From assembly GCA_026400075.1 (NCBI GenBank), contig JAPLPS010000038.1, positions 2,459-66,458 on the forward strand: DNA of 64,000 bases. The letters are read 5' to 3'. This DNA comes from Polaromonas sp. (GTDB lineage: Bacteria > Pseudomonadota > Gammaproteobacteria > Burkholderiales > Burkholderiaceae_C). Below the pieces are notes generated by a model. The model ran no database searches. It was not told the origin of the DNA and saw only the letters and a list, made by a program, of their open reading frames with translations. Below, piece after piece: positions 50,191 to 62,001 of this stretch (positions within the stretch are counted from its first letter, which is position 1; each line of letters starts with the position of its first letter). Position numbers and translations under genes: made by a program.

Positions 50191-51793
50191 TGAGGAGTCG
50201 TTGGGAGGAAGAGGCGTAGCGTGTTTGCTGGTGCAAGGCGGCGTCCAGTCGGCGGTCAAGTCCATAGATATCTTCAAAAAAATAGATGGCGCCATCTTTC
50301 ACCAAAGCGGTCTCATAAGCAATCACCACAGGAATCGGCTCGGTCAGGCGCAGGGTCGATGATTCCCCCCGATTCATGGCTTTTTTGATGCGCTCCTCGC
50401 TCCACTGCGGCATGTTGCCGAGGACAAATTTTGCCAGCGCCACCGGTTTTTCGACGCGAATGCAGCCGTGGCTCAAATCGCGCCGCTCGCGCTCAAACAG
50501 GTTGACGGCAGATGTGTGGTGCAGGTAAATGTTGTCAGTATTTGGAAATACGAACTTGATGTCGCCCAGCGCATTTTTCGGCCCCGGCCGCTGGCGGATG
50601 CGCCACTGGCCGGCCAGCACCGCCTTCAGCCGTGCTGGCGTGACCGCACTGTCCACCAGCGCGCCATCGGCCGACACAAACTCCATGCCTTCACGGGCGA
50701 GATAGCCTGGATCGCGCCGCAGCTGGGGAATGATTTCAGCACGGGCAATCGACGGCGGCACGTTCCAGTACGGGCTGAACTCGACGAAGCGCATCTCTTC
50801 ATTGAACAAAGGGGTGCGCCTGTCCAGCGCCTTGCCCACGACAATGCGCATCTCCTGGCGCACATGGATGCGTTCGCCCTCCACGTCGTAGGCGCGCAAG
50901 ACAAACTCAGGGATGTTGATGACAACCATGCGCGGCCCCTGCTTGAACGGCGTCCAGCGCAGGCGCTCCAGCGCCAGCTCGATCTGCCGCACGCGGGCTG
51001 CGGGCGTCACCTGCAGTTGCACCAGCGTGCTTTTGCCAATGACACCATCGGGCGCTATGCCGTGGCGCGTCTGAAACGACTGCACGGCTGGCACCAGCAA
51101 GCCCTCGTACTTGGTCGGCAGCGCCACATCGGGCGCCAAGTCACCCAGGGCGACCAGCCGCTGCGCCAGCACGCTCAGCCCCGCATAGCGCTGGCCCGGT
51201 GCCAGCTTGCGCGCGCCCCCTGGCAAGGCGGGCAGCGGCTGCTGCCAGGCCGGGTCATCGCCGCGCTCACGGTAATAAGCCAGCACGGTGCGCAACTCCT
51301 CGTAGAGCGGCAAATGCGGCGCTGCTTCTGCGGCAGCCTGCGGCAGGCGCCGGGCGGCCAGCGCCGTCTGCAGGTAGGCGGCCGGGTCAAAAGCCCTGCG
51401 CGGCGGGTTGAAGTTGTGCTGGATTTTTTTCGGATCAATGCGGCCCTGATGCACATCCTTCAGGTAATGCTCCATCGCGCTGGTCAATGCCTGATCCATG
51501 CGCTCGACCGTGATCGCCTGCGGCACCCCATGCGCGGCATTCAAAATAGCCTGACGCAACGCGCTGGCGTTGTAATCCTGCGGCTCCAGGCCGTGCGTGG
51601 CCGACGTGGCGAGCAGCTCGGCCGCCTGACGCGCCTGCAGGCTCGGCCTTTTTCCCTCAAACCAGAGCAGCCCCGGTTCTTGCGCCTGCGCCTGCGCCTG
51701 CGCCACTATTGAAACGCCGCAGCACAGCCACAACGCAATGGCCGTTCTGCGCGTCAGGCGTGTAACCGTACTTGTCATTTTCATCGACGACAT
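50183..51793 (-). CDS. ldtD: L,D-transpeptidase YcbB/LdtD family
   Basis: PG-binding FQTRHGI..DG, ERLRW, PYWNVP, YLHHT, SHGCIRV. Confidence 0.88.
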   Translation of the reverse strand: MSSMKMTSTVTRLTRRTAIALWLCCGVSIVAQAQAQAQEPGLLWFEGKRPSLQARQAAELLATSATHGLEPQDYNASALRQAILNAAHGVPQAITVERMDQALTSAMEHYLKDVHQGRIDPKKIQHNFNPPRRAFDPAAYLQTALAARRLPQAAAEAAPHLPLYEELRTVLAYYRERGDDPAWQQPLPALPGGARKLAPGQRYAGLSVLAQRLVALGDLAPDVALPTKYEGLLVPAVQSFQTRHGIAPDGVIGKSTLVQLQVTPAARVRQIELALERLRWTPFKQGPRMVVINIPEFVLRAYDVEGERIHVRQEMRIVVGKALDRRTPLFNEEMRFVEFSPYWNVPPSIARAEIIPQLRRDPGYLAREGMEFVSADGALVDSAVTPARLKAVLAGQWRIRQRPGPKNALGDIKFVFPNTDNIYLHHTSAVNLFERERRDLSHGCIRVEKPVALAKFVLGNMPQWSEERIKKAMNRGESSTLRLTEPIPVVIAYETALVKDGAIYFFEDIYGLDRRLDAALHQQTRYASSSQRLLND

Positions 51794-51889
51794 TTTGACA
51801 TCCTCTGCATGCCAAAACGCACGCCAAGCGACCTGCGCGCCAGAACCGGCACGCAGGCTAATTCGCCCCCTGCCGGGAGCTATACGGGT

Positions 51890-53782
51890 TTACACCAATA
51901 GCGCATTGACCCGCTTGACATAAGCGGCTGGGTCTTCCGGCAGGCCGCCTTCGGCCAGCAGAGCCTGGTCAAACAGGATGTGCGCCAGGTCGTCAAAGCT
52001 GGTCGACTCGGCGCTGGCTTCGAGCTTTTTAACCAGCGGATGCTGGGCGTTGATTTCCAGAATCGGCTTGCTTTCGGGCACGGCCTGACCGGCCTGCTTG
52101 AGCATGCGCGCCAGTTGCGTGGACATATCGCCGTCCTGCACGACCAGGCAGGCCGGGGAATCGACCAGCCGCGAGGTGGCGCGCACGTCCTGCGCCTTGT
52201 CTTTCAGCGCCTCCTTGAGCTTGTCCAGAATCGGCTTGAACTGGGTTTGCGCTTCTTCGGCGGCTTTTTTCTCGTCCTCATCCTGCAGCTTGCCCAGATC
52301 GACCGCGCCCTTGGCGACCGACTGCAGCGCCGTGCCGTCAAACTCGCGCAGGTAGTTCAGTGCCCACTCGTCCACGCGGTCGGCCATCAGCAGCACTTCG
52401 ATGCCCTTCTTGCGGAAGATTTCCAGTTGCGGGCTGCTCTTGGCGGCGGCCAGCGTGTCGGCGGTGATGTAGTAAATGGCGTCCTGGCCGTCTTTCATCC
52501 GCGCCTTGTAGTCGGCAAAGCTGACGGTGGCCGTGTCGGTGGTCGAGCTGACAAAACGCAGCAGCTTGGCAATGCGCTCCTTATTGGCGAAGTCTTCGCC
52601 CAGGCCTTCTTTCAGCACCGCGCCGAATTCGGCGTAAAAAGCGGTGAATTTCTCCGGCGAATTGGCGGCCAGATCTTCAATCATCGACAGCACGCGCTTC
52701 GTGCAGCCTTCGCGAATCGCCTTGACGGCGCGGCTCTCCTGCAGCAGTTCACGCGAGACGTTCAGCGGCAGATCCGACGAATCGACCACGCCCTTGACGA
52801 AGCGCAGGTAGCTGGGCAGCAGCGCCTGGGCGTCGTCCATGATGAACACGCGCTTGACGTAGAGCTTGATGCCCGCGGCCTTGTCGCGGTTAAACATGTC
52901 CATCGGCGCTTTGGCCGGGATGAACAGCAGCTGGGTGTATTCCGTCGAGCCTTCGACGCGGTTGTGCGTGGTGGTCAGCGGCGCTTCCTGGTCGTAGCTG
53001 ATTTGCTTGTAGAACTCGTCGTAATGCTCTTGCGTGATGTCTTTTTTGGCGCGTGTCCACAGCGCGGCGGCCTGGTTGACGGTTTCCCATTCGCCGGTTT
53101 TGGCCATCTCGCCGGGTTCGTCGTTTTCGCCCTCTTTCCACTCTTCCTTTTCCATCAGGATGGGCAGCGAGATGTGGTCGGAATACTTGTTGATGATGCT
53201 TTTGAGCTTCCAGGCGTTCAGGTAGTCGCCGGCATCTTCCTTCAGGTGCAGCGTGACGCTGGTGCCGCGCTCGGCGCGCTCGATGTCGCTCACGTCAAAT
53301 TCGCCGGTGCCGTCGCTGACCCAGCGCACGCCTTGCGCGGCGGGCAGACCGGCGCGGCGGCTTTCGACGGTGATTTTGTCGGCAACAATAAAACCGGAAT
53401 AAAAACCGACGCCGAACTGGCCGATCAGCTGCGCGTCATTCTTCTGGTCGCCCGAGAGCTTGGCCATGAAGTCGCGTGTGCCGCTCTTGGCAATCGTGCC
53501 CAGGTGGTCGATGGCTTCCTGCTGCGACAGGCCGATGCCGTTGTCGGTGATGGTCAGCGTTTTGGCGGCGGCGTCGAAGCTGACGCGCACTTTCAGTTCG
53601 GCGTCGCTTGCATAGACGCTGGCGTCGTTCAGCGCTTCAAAGCGCAGCTTGTCGCAGGCGTCCGAAGCGTTGGAAATCAGCTCGCGCAGGAAAATTTCCG
53701 GGTTCGAGTACAGCGAGTGCGTGACCAGCTTGAGCAACTGGGCGACTTCGGCCTGGAAGGAATGGGTTTGTTTTTGGATCAT
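51890..53782 (-). CDS. htpG: Chaperone HtpG (Hsp90)
   Basis: [35 protein letters not shown]. Confidence 0.98.
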   Translation of the reverse strand: MIQKQTHSFQAEVAQLLKLVTHSLYSNPEIFLRELISNASDACDKLRFEALNDASVYASDAELKVRVSFDAAAKTLTITDNGIGLSQQEAIDHLGTIAKSGTRDFMAKLSGDQKNDAQLIGQFGVGFYSGFIVADKITVESRRAGLPAAQGVRWVSDGTGEFDVSDIERAERGTSVTLHLKEDAGDYLNAWKLKSIINKYSDHISLPILMEKEEWKEGENDEPGEMAKTGEWETVNQAAALWTRAKKDITQEHYDEFYKQISYDQEAPLTTTHNRVEGSTEYTQLLFIPAKAPMDMFNRDKAAGIKLYVKRVFIMDDAQALLPSYLRFVKGVVDSSDLPLNVSRELLQESRAVKAIREGCTKRVLSMIEDLAANSPEKFTAFYAEFGAVLKEGLGEDFANKERIAKLLRFVSSTTDTATVSFADYKARMKDGQDAIYYITADTLAAAKSSPQLEIFRKKGIEVLLMADRVDEWALNYLREFDGTALQSVAKGAVDLGKLQDEDEKKAAEEAQTQFKPILDKLKEALKDKAQDVRATSRLVDSPACLVVQDGDMSTQLARMLKQAGQAVPESKPILEINAQHPLVKKLEASAESTSFDDLAHILFDQALLAEGGLPEDPAAYVKRVNALLV

Positions 53783-53819
53783 AGAGCGAATGGAAAAAGC
53801 AAAAAAGGTGAATGTATCA

Positions 53820-53844
53820 ATGGGGGCAAGCGGCCTGTTTTCAA
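53820..53844 (-). promoter_or_regulatory. Sigma-32 heat-shock promoter of htpG
   Basis: Minus strand TTGAAA-N13-CCCCAT. Confidence 0.8.
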
Positions 53845-54258
53845 TGGCCGCAGCCCGAACAAGACGAACGCGGGCCGGATGGCGCCAAACTTCCACGACG
53901 CAAAACTTACATTTAGATACGTAAACCCCATTTATATTGACTACATCACACTGAGATACATTAATTTATATATTGATACATTTATACATACCAATCAACA
54001 AACAGCTCTCATTTCGCCAATCAATTTCATCCTTCTCCAATGAAAGCAGTCATTTTTACCGGCCAGATTTGCAGGTTGATTACGTGATTTACTTCTTAAA
54101 ACAACCATTTATTAGATCTTACGGATTTACTAAAATCAGCTTAAGTAATAGCATATATTTTCATTTCGACACATCTCCCGGATCTGATCTAAAAATCAGT
54201 CCTGACGCTGGGTCGAAACGCCTCTTCGACCGAAGCTCAAATCAACTGGAGTATTTTC

Positions 54259-54771
54259 ATGAAAAAATTCTTAATTTCCACCGTCACTGCTGCCGCTCTG
54301 CTGGCCAGCGTCACGCCTGTTGCGCTGGCCAGCACCGTCGCCAGCGACTTCACCGTCTCGGTGCAGCTGGCGGCCCAGTGCCAGGCGCTCAACACGGGCA
54401 CGCAAACCGTGGATTTCGGCACTTACACCGCTTTTGGCGCCGCCAAAACCGCTTCCGCCAACCTGACGTTTAACTGCACGCGCGGCCTGGCCATCCCGAC
54501 GTTCAGCTTCGACGCCACCAATGGCAGCGCTGCGGGCTATGGCGTGCTGGCCGGTCTGAACTACGGACTGAGCGCCGCCGATACACGCACGGTCGGCAGT
54601 GCGGCCACCGCCGTAGCTGGCGGCGTCGGCTCGGCAACGCTGCACACCGTGACCATCAGCGGCACCATGGCAGCCGGTCAGGCGGGCGAGTGCCTCGTGG
54701 CCAACTCCACCGCCGCCAGTTGCGAGAGCACGGCCACCTCGCATGTCCGCACGCTGACCGTGACCTACTGA
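54259..54771 (+). CDS. Spore coat protein U-domain major pilin (Csu/archaic chaperone-usher type)
   Basis: Signal peptide; C...VDFGTY, NCTRG, C-terminal TLTVTY. Confidence 0.8.
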   Translation: MKKFLISTVTAAALLASVTPVALASTVASDFTVSVQLAAQCQALNTGTQTVDFGTYTAFGAAKTASANLTFNCTRGLAIPTFSFDATNGSAAGYGVLAGLNYGLSAADTRTVGSAATAVAGGVGSATLHTVTISGTMAAGQAGECLVANSTAASCESTATSHVRTLTVTY

Positions 54772-54902
54772 GCCCCTCTGCTGCGCTGCCGCCTTTCAGC
54801 CTGCCAGCGGCACTGACAACCGGCCAGACGATTATTGGCACCGATTTTCCCGTCATCAGTCCGGCAGGCTGCGGGTTGATTGACATAACGGTGGAATGAT
54901 TT

Positions 54903-55640
54903 ATGCGCCTTCACAAAACTCTTTTTACTTTCGCCCTTGCGGCATTTGTAATCGCCTGCATGCCGGTAACAGCGCAGGCGGGCGCTTTCTCGGTAGCGCC
55001 GGTGCGGATGTATATGGCGCCCAAAGACCGGGCCATTGCCGTCACGCTCAGCAACGAGAGCGATGAAGAGCTGGTCATGCAGGCCGATGTTTACATCTGG
55101 ACACAAAAACCGGACGGCGAAGATCAGCTGACCCTGACGGAAGACCTGATCCTGTCGCCGCCAATTTTGAAGCTGGCGCCCCGGGCGCGTCAGGTCGTGC
55201 GGCTGGCGCGGCTGGTTCCAGCGCCGACCACCGTCCAGCAAACTTACCGCCTGATCGTGCGCGAGCTGCCCGAAGCCCGGCCCGGCGACAAAAAACTGCA
55301 GCTGCAACTGGCGCTGGCGTTTTCACTGCCGGTGTTCATCACGCCGCCAGGGGCCAAGCGCCAGCTCCACTGCACCCTGGCGCGGCTCAGCGCCGACACG
55401 GTGCGCGCCAGCTGCGAAAACACCGGCAACGCCTATGCCCAGCCGACCGCGTTCAGCCTGCTCAGCGCCAGCGGCGAAACGCTGGCGCTGCGCGAGACGG
55501 GCGGCTATCTGCTGCCCTCGGTCAAGCGCAGCTTTGACCTCAAGCGCGCCAACGGCGCCATTGCGCCCGGCCCGGCCCGACTCGCCGTCACGCTGGACGA
55601 TGGCAGCGTCCAGAACTTTGACAGCACCCTTCCCCCCTGA
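54903..55640 (+). CDS. Fimbrial chaperone (CsuC/PapD-like)
   Basis: SVAPVR, LSPPI, QVVRL, YRLIVRELP, FSLPVF. Confidence 0.88.
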   Translation: MRLHKTLFTFALAAFVIACMPVTAQAGAFSVAPVRMYMAPKDRAIAVTLSNESDEELVMQADVYIWTQKPDGEDQLTLTEDLILSPPILKLAPRARQVVRLARLVPAPTTVQQTYRLIVRELPEARPGDKKLQLQLALAFSLPVFITPPGAKRQLHCTLARLSADTVRASCENTGNAYAQPTAFSLLSASGETLALRETGGYLLPSVKRSFDLKRANGAIAPGPARLAVTLDDGSVQNFDSTLPP

Positions 55641-55650
55641 GGCCGTCGCC

Positions 55651-58026
55651 ATGCGCCGCCCCTTGCTTGCGGGTTTTGCGCTGGCGTTGCAGCTGTCGGC
55701 CTGGGTCTGCGCCGCGCAGACGCCCGCCCCCGCCCCGGCAGCGCCTGCGCTGGCCGCCAGCGAAGCAGCCGGGCGCGTTATGGCGCTGGAAGTCACCGTC
55801 AACGGCAGCAACTCGGGCACCTGGCCGCTGCTGGAGCGCCAGGGCGCCCTGTATGCGCCGCGCAACGCTTTTGAGGAGTGGCGCGTGCCGCTCAGCCCCA
55901 GCACACCGGCGCTACGTTTTCGCGGCACCGACTACCTGCCGCTGTCAGGCATTGCGGGCTTCAGCGCCAGGACCGACCTGTCCAGCCAGTCGCTGGAACT
56001 GCATTTTTCGCCCGATTCCTTCGCTCCGACGCAATTGAACGGCGCGGTGAGCAGCAGGCCGACGCTCAGCCCGGTGCTGCCCAGCGCGTTCGTCAACTAC
56101 GACCTGAATTACGCCGCCACAGCGTCTGGCGGCGGCGCCACAAAAGACCTGGGCCTGCTGGCCGAAATCGGCCTGTCGAACGCCTGGGGCGTGCTGACCT
56201 CCAGCCATCTGGGGCGCAACCTGGCCAATGACGCCCGCCTGGGCCAGCCGCGCAGCAGCGTGCGACTGGAAACCACCTTCACCCGCAACCTGCCGGAGCG
56301 CAACCAGACCCTGCGCCTGGGCGACGCCAGCACGCGCGCCGGGCTGTGGGGGCGCAGCGTCTATTTTGGCGGCGCGCAGTGGAGCAGCAATTTTGCGCTG
56401 ACGCCGGGCTTTATCAGCCAGCCCCGGCTGGCGCTGAACGGGATTTCATCGGCGCCCTCGACCGTTGAGCTGTACGTCAACGATGTGCTGCGCCAGGTCT
56501 CCAGCGTGCCCGCCGGGCCTTTTTCCATCAGCGACACCCCGGCGCTGACCGGCGGCGGCAACGCGCGCCTGGTGGTGCGGGATCTGCTCGGGCGGGAAAC
56601 CGTCATCACCCAGCCTTTTTTCACCAGCAGCCAGCTGCTCGCCGAAGGCCTGAGCGACTGGAGCATCGAAGCGGGCCGCCTGCGCCTGGATCTGGGCAGC
56701 GCCAGCGCCCACTACGGCCAGCACTTTGCCAGCGCCAGCTGGCGCCAGGGGCTTAGCAGCGAGCTGACGCTGGAAGGCCGCGCCGAACTGAGCCCGGCGC
56801 AAAAAACCGGCGGACTCGGCCTGATCACCACGCTGCCCTGGGGCATTTTGGGCAAGGCGGCGCTGGCAGCCAGCCAGAGCCAGCAGCTCGGCGCAGGCCA
56901 CCAGTGGCTGCTCGGCCTGGAGCAGCAGCGCCCGCGCACCAGCTTCTACCTCGAAGCGCAGGGCGCTTCGGTCAACTTCCGCCAGCTCGGCCAGGAGGCC
57001 TTGACGCCGCCGGTCAAACTTCAGGCGGCGGGCAACTTCAGCCTCATCACGGAAACAGCAGGCGTCTTCAGCGTCGGCCTGACCCGCTTCAGCCGCTTTG
57101 ACGCGCCCCGGGTGCTGAGCCTGTCGGCCAGCTACGCCATCCGGCTCGGCCGGGGCAGCCTGAGCCTGAACGCCAGCCGCGCCACCGCCGGGGCCAGTGG
57201 CAGTTTTCTCGGCCTGACGCTGCTGCTGCCGCTGGAAAAAAACCGCGTCGTCACCGCCTCGCTCACCCAGCGCGGCAGCCAGCAGGACATCAGCCTGGGC
57301 GCCGCCCAGAACCCCGGCTTCGATGAAAACCTGGGCTGGCGGGCGCTCGCCGGACGCCAGCAAGGCGCCGCCCGCGCCGAAGGCTCTGTGTATTACACCG
57401 GCCGCTATGGCCGACTCGCGGGCGATGTCAGCGCCCTGGGCGGCCAGACGGCCGTGCGCCTGGGCGCGCAAGGCGCGCTGGTGGCCGCCGACGGGCGCCT
57501 GTTTGCCACGCAGCGCGTCGATGACAGCTTTGCCGTCGCCGAGGTGGCGGGCTATGCCGATGTCGGCATCGGCCTGGGCAGCCAGACACTCAGCCGCACC
57601 GACGCAGCCGGAACGGCCCTGATTCCGCGCCTGATGGCTTACCAAAACAACGCCATCCGCCTCGACGCGCGCGAGCTGCCGATCAGCGCCGAAATCGGCT
57701 CGATTGAACAAATCGCCGTTCCGGCCTGGCGCAGCGCCGTCAAGGTGGTGTTTCCGGTGCGCAGCGGACACGGCGCGCTGCTCAGCATCGTGCTCGACGA
57801 TGGCGAAGCGGCACCGGCGGGCGCGGTGGTGCAGATTCAGGGCGAGCCGGAGACTTTTTACGTGGCCCGGCGTGGCGCGGCCTTCGTCACCGGCCTGCAG
57901 CCCGTCAACCGCCTGACGCTGAGCTGGAACGCCCAGCAATGCCAGTTCGATGCGGCGCTGCCCGGCGGCCCGGCCGGGGACATCATCCGCATGGGCCCGC
58001 TGCTTTGCCAGGGGGTGCGGCGATGA
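55651..58026 (+). CDS. Fimbrial usher (CsuD-like)
   Basis: RLETT, LRLGD, PSTVELYVND, VRDLLGRE, C-terminal Cys pair. Confidence 0.9.
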   Translation: MRRPLLAGFALALQLSAWVCAAQTPAPAPAAPALAASEAAGRVMALEVTVNGSNSGTWPLLERQGALYAPRNAFEEWRVPLSPSTPALRFRGTDYLPLSGIAGFSARTDLSSQSLELHFSPDSFAPTQLNGAVSSRPTLSPVLPSAFVNYDLNYAATASGGGATKDLGLLAEIGLSNAWGVLTSSHLGRNLANDARLGQPRSSVRLETTFTRNLPERNQTLRLGDASTRAGLWGRSVYFGGAQWSSNFALTPGFISQPRLALNGISSAPSTVELYVNDVLRQVSSVPAGPFSISDTPALTGGGNARLVVRDLLGRETVITQPFFTSSQLLAEGLSDWSIEAGRLRLDLGSASAHYGQHFASASWRQGLSSELTLEGRAELSPAQKTGGLGLITTLPWGILGKAALAASQSQQLGAGHQWLLGLEQQRPRTSFYLEAQGASVNFRQLGQEALTPPVKLQAAGNFSLITETAGVFSVGLTRFSRFDAPRVLSLSASYAIRLGRGSLSLNASRATAGASGSFLGLTLLLPLEKNRVVTASLTQRGSQQDISLGAAQNPGFDENLGWRALAGRQQGAARAEGSVYYTGRYGRLAGDVSALGGQTAVRLGAQGALVAADGRLFATQRVDDSFAVAEVAGYADVGIGLGSQTLSRTDAAGTALIPRLMAYQNNAIRLDARELPISAEIGSIEQIAVPAWRSAVKVVFPVRSGHGALLSIVLDDGEAAPAGAVVQIQGEPETFYVARRGAAFVTGLQPVNRLTLSWNAQQCQFDAALPGGPAGDIIRMGPLLCQGVRR

Positions 58027-58892
58027 CCTCCATGCTGCGCCTGATCGCGATGCTGGCGCTGTCGCTGGCGCCGCTGTGGGCGCAGGCCAGCGTCACCTGC
58101 AGCGTCAGTTCGCCCGGTTTTTTTTCCGTCTATGACAGCCTGGCGGCCACGGACAACCTCAACACCAGTGCGTTTACGGTCAACTGCACCCGCCTGTCCA
58201 GCGACCCGGCGACGTTCAACTACATTGCCTTCACCGACGACGGCCTGTACAACCCCGGCGGCTCGGGCAACAACAAGGCCCAGCTCAGCACCGGCACCAG
58301 CCGCATCCGCTACGACTTTTTTACCAGCGCCAGTTACAGCGTGAACTGGTCTAAAAGCAATAAATGCATCACCGGCGCGATCAACTTTGGCAGCGCGCTG
58401 TTTGGCTCGCAGACCCAGACCTATTACGCCAAAATACCGGCCGCACAGACCGGCCTGCCGCAGGGCAGCTACCTGGACACCGTCTCCGTCAACATGAGCT
58501 ACAACGAGACGGCCTGCAAGAGCAATGCTGCCGTGGACGCGTCAAGCATCTTTCAGGTGCAAATCTCCAACGTGCCCGCCTGCCAGATCGTCCTGCCGCC
58601 CGGAACGGTGGCTTTCACTTACACCGCTTTTTCGCCAGTGGCGGCGACGGCCTCGACGACTTTTGCAACGCGCTGCTCGACCACGCTGCCCTACGTGATG
58701 GCGCTGAACGCGAATATTGGCGTCGTCAGCGGGCTGAACTATGCCCTGAGCCTGAGCGCCACCAGCGCAACCGGCAACGGCGCGCTGCAAAACTACAGCA
58801 TCAACGGCGTGATGGCAGCCAGACAGGCCGGTGACTGCGCCACGACCAACTGCAGCGCCAGCGCGACGCACACGCTGACGATCAGCTACTGA
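58023..58892 (+). CDS. Two-domain SCPU tip adhesin (CsuE-like)
   Basis: Signal peptide, two Cys-containing SCPU-like halves, GSYLDTV, C-terminal LTISY; ATGA overlap. Confidence 0.8.
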   Translation: MTSMLRLIAMLALSLAPLWAQASVTCSVSSPGFFSVYDSLAATDNLNTSAFTVNCTRLSSDPATFNYIAFTDDGLYNPGGSGNNKAQLSTGTSRIRYDFFTSASYSVNWSKSNKCITGAINFGSALFGSQTQTYYAKIPAAQTGLPQGSYLDTVSVNMSYNETACKSNAAVDASSIFQVQISNVPACQIVLPPGTVAFTYTAFSPVAATASTTFATRCSTTLPYVMALNANIGVVSGLNYALSLSATSATGNGALQNYSINGVMAARQAGDCATTNCSASATHTLTISY

Positions 58893-58898
58893 ACCGGC

Positions 58899-59759
58899 TT
58901 AAAACTGCTCGTGCGGCATCAAATAGCGCCAGTGGCCAATCGGCAAATGGCCGAGGTTGACGCGGCCGATCCGCACCCGTTTCAAGCCGGTCACGAACAG
59001 CCCGACCTGCTCGCACATGCGCCGGATCTGGCGCTTTTTGCCTTCTTTCAGCACAAAGCGCAGCTGCTCGGGGTTTTGCCAGCTGACCTGCGCCGGGCGC
59101 AGCGGCTGGCCGTCCAGGCTCAGGCCGTGGCACAGCAGCGCCAGGCGCTCCGCCGGGAAAGCGCCCTGCACATTGACGTTTTCGGCGCCGTAGCTGACGC
59201 GCACCAGGTATTCTTTTTCAATGTCGGAGTCTTCGCCGATCAGCTGGCGCGCCACGCGGCCGTCCTGCGTCAAGACCAATAAGCCAATCGAGTCGATGTC
59301 GAGCCGACCGGCGGGCGCCAGGCCGCGCAACTGCTCAAAACCCCAGCGCATGCGGCTGTTGCACTCGCGCCAGCGGTTTTCCGGCTGCACCAGCCCCACG
59401 GCCGGTTCGTGGCCGTCCTCGGCCTGGCCGCTGACGTAGCCGACCGGCTTGTTGATCAAAATCGTGACTTGCAGGCGCTGCTGCTGCTCGGCATCTTTGG
59501 CCACTTCGATGCGGGCATTGACGGCGACCGGCTGGCCCATCACGGCGGGCTGGCCGTTGACGCGCACCCAGCCGCGTGCAATCCAGTCGTCGGCCTCGCG
59601 GCGCGAGCACAGGCCCAGGTCGGCCATGCGCTTGTTCAGGCGCACGGTGGCACTGCCGGTGGAAGCGGGCGCCGCCGCAACGGCAGCGGCCCGGATACGC
59701 GTGGCGGCGGGAGCGGGAGCGGGAGGTTTTGGCGCGGAGCCGGGAGGTTGTTGTGACAT
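58899..59759 (-). CDS. RsuA/RluF-family rRNA pseudouridine synthase
   Basis: S4 motif [35 protein letters not shown]. Confidence 0.92.
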   Translation of the reverse strand: MSQQPPGSAPKPPAPAPAATRIRAAAVAAAPASTGSATVRLNKRMADLGLCSRREADDWIARGWVRVNGQPAVMGQPVAVNARIEVAKDAEQQQRLQVTILINKPVGYVSGQAEDGHEPAVGLVQPENRWRECNSRMRWGFEQLRGLAPAGRLDIDSIGLLVLTQDGRVARQLIGEDSDIEKEYLVRVSYGAENVNVQGAFPAERLALLCHGLSLDGQPLRPAQVSWQNPEQLRFVLKEGKKRQIRRMCEQVGLFVTGLKRVRIGRVNLGHLPIGHWRYLMPHEQF

Positions 59760-59914
59760 AGGAGGCGAATGCGCAATAAAAGGCTGATTTTCGCGCATCC
59801 GGCTCAAAGGCGCTTCAAAGGGCCACTGGCTGCACCAGACCAGCGCCCCAAAAAGGCGTCAGGCGCCCGGCCTATGCCCCGAGTTTGGGCACGGCCAGAC
59901 GCGCTGGGCGGGAA

Positions 59915-61108
<1,194 letters not shown>

Positions 61109-61121
61109 CTATCGCATCCGC

Positions 61122-61880
61122 TTATGGGCGCTGCGGCGCATCAGGTTTTTTTTCCTGCAGCCGCAGGTTGTCAACGCACACGCTGGAGCGCAGGGCGGCA
61201 AGATCCAGCACGCGCAAGCCGCCATACTCGACCCGGATCATGCCCTGCGCCTCCAGCGTGCGCAGCGCTTCGTTAACGCGCTGGCGCGACAAGCCGACCA
61301 GGTAAGCCATCTCCTGCTGGGTGATGCGCAGCACCTGGCCAACGCCGGGGTACAGCACCGGGTTGAACAGCGCCGCCAGGTTGCGCGCCACGCGCAGATC
61401 CGGGCTGTTCATGCGGTCGATTTCACGCGCCGAAATGAACTGGCCCAGGCGCTCGTTGAGCTGGTTCATCACAAAACGGTTAAAGCCCAGCGAGTGATCC
61501 AGCAGCCAGTGAAAGCTGTCAATCGGCAGGCCAGCGACGACGCTTTTGCGCAGCGCCTGGATGTTGTAGCGGTAGGTCTCGCGCTTGAGCGCCGTGCCCT
61601 CGCCAAACCAGCCGCCGGGCGGCACGCCGGTGAAGGTCATGGTCGTGCCCTGCGCGTTGTCGGCGCTCATTTTCAACAGGCCTTCGACCACGCCAAACCA
61701 GTAAGTCACCGGTTTGCCCAGGCGGCAGACGTAATCGCCGGCCTGTGCGTCAGTCACCTGCAGCTCAGCGACAGCGCGGGCACGCTCCTCGGGCTCCAGC
61801 AGGGCCAGCCACGGAATGCCGCGCAACTCATCAAGCGTGGGGGGTCTGCGGCGCTGGTGGAGTGTCAGATCAGTAGCCAT
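61122..61880 (-). CDS. Crp/Fnr-family transcriptional regulator
   Basis: cNMP-binding GWFGEG; HTH ITQQEMAYLVGLSRQRVN. Confidence 0.9.
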   Translation of the reverse strand: MATDLTLHQRRRPPTLDELRGIPWLALLEPEERARAVAELQVTDAQAGDYVCRLGKPVTYWFGVVEGLLKMSADNAQGTTMTFTGVPPGGWFGEGTALKRETYRYNIQALRKSVVAGLPIDSFHWLLDHSLGFNRFVMNQLNERLGQFISAREIDRMNSPDLRVARNLAALFNPVLYPGVGQVLRITQQEMAYLVGLSRQRVNEALRTLEAQGMIRVEYGGLRVLDLAALRSSVCVDNLRLQEKKPDAPQRP

Positions 61881-61918
61881 GAATCCAAAGAATTGCTGAT
61901 TAGGGTGTACCCTGGAAT

Positions 61919-61934
61919 TGTCGCCGGGTGGACA
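61919..61934. promoter_or_regulatory. TGTC-N8-GACA palindrome, candidate Crp/Fnr site
   Basis: TGTCGCCGGGTGGACA between the divergent regulator and SBP genes; second copy at 63241. Confidence 0.55.
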
Positions 61935-62001
61935 TTTCGAGGGGCGTTCAAAGCATAACATCGGCACAGCCGAGTCGGCTCATTTCAAGCAAAGACCCAC
62001 C

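Noticed and set aside
54170-54240. c-di-GMP riboswitch upstream of the pilin
   Set aside because: Two hairpins are present but the conserved class I or II motifs are not.
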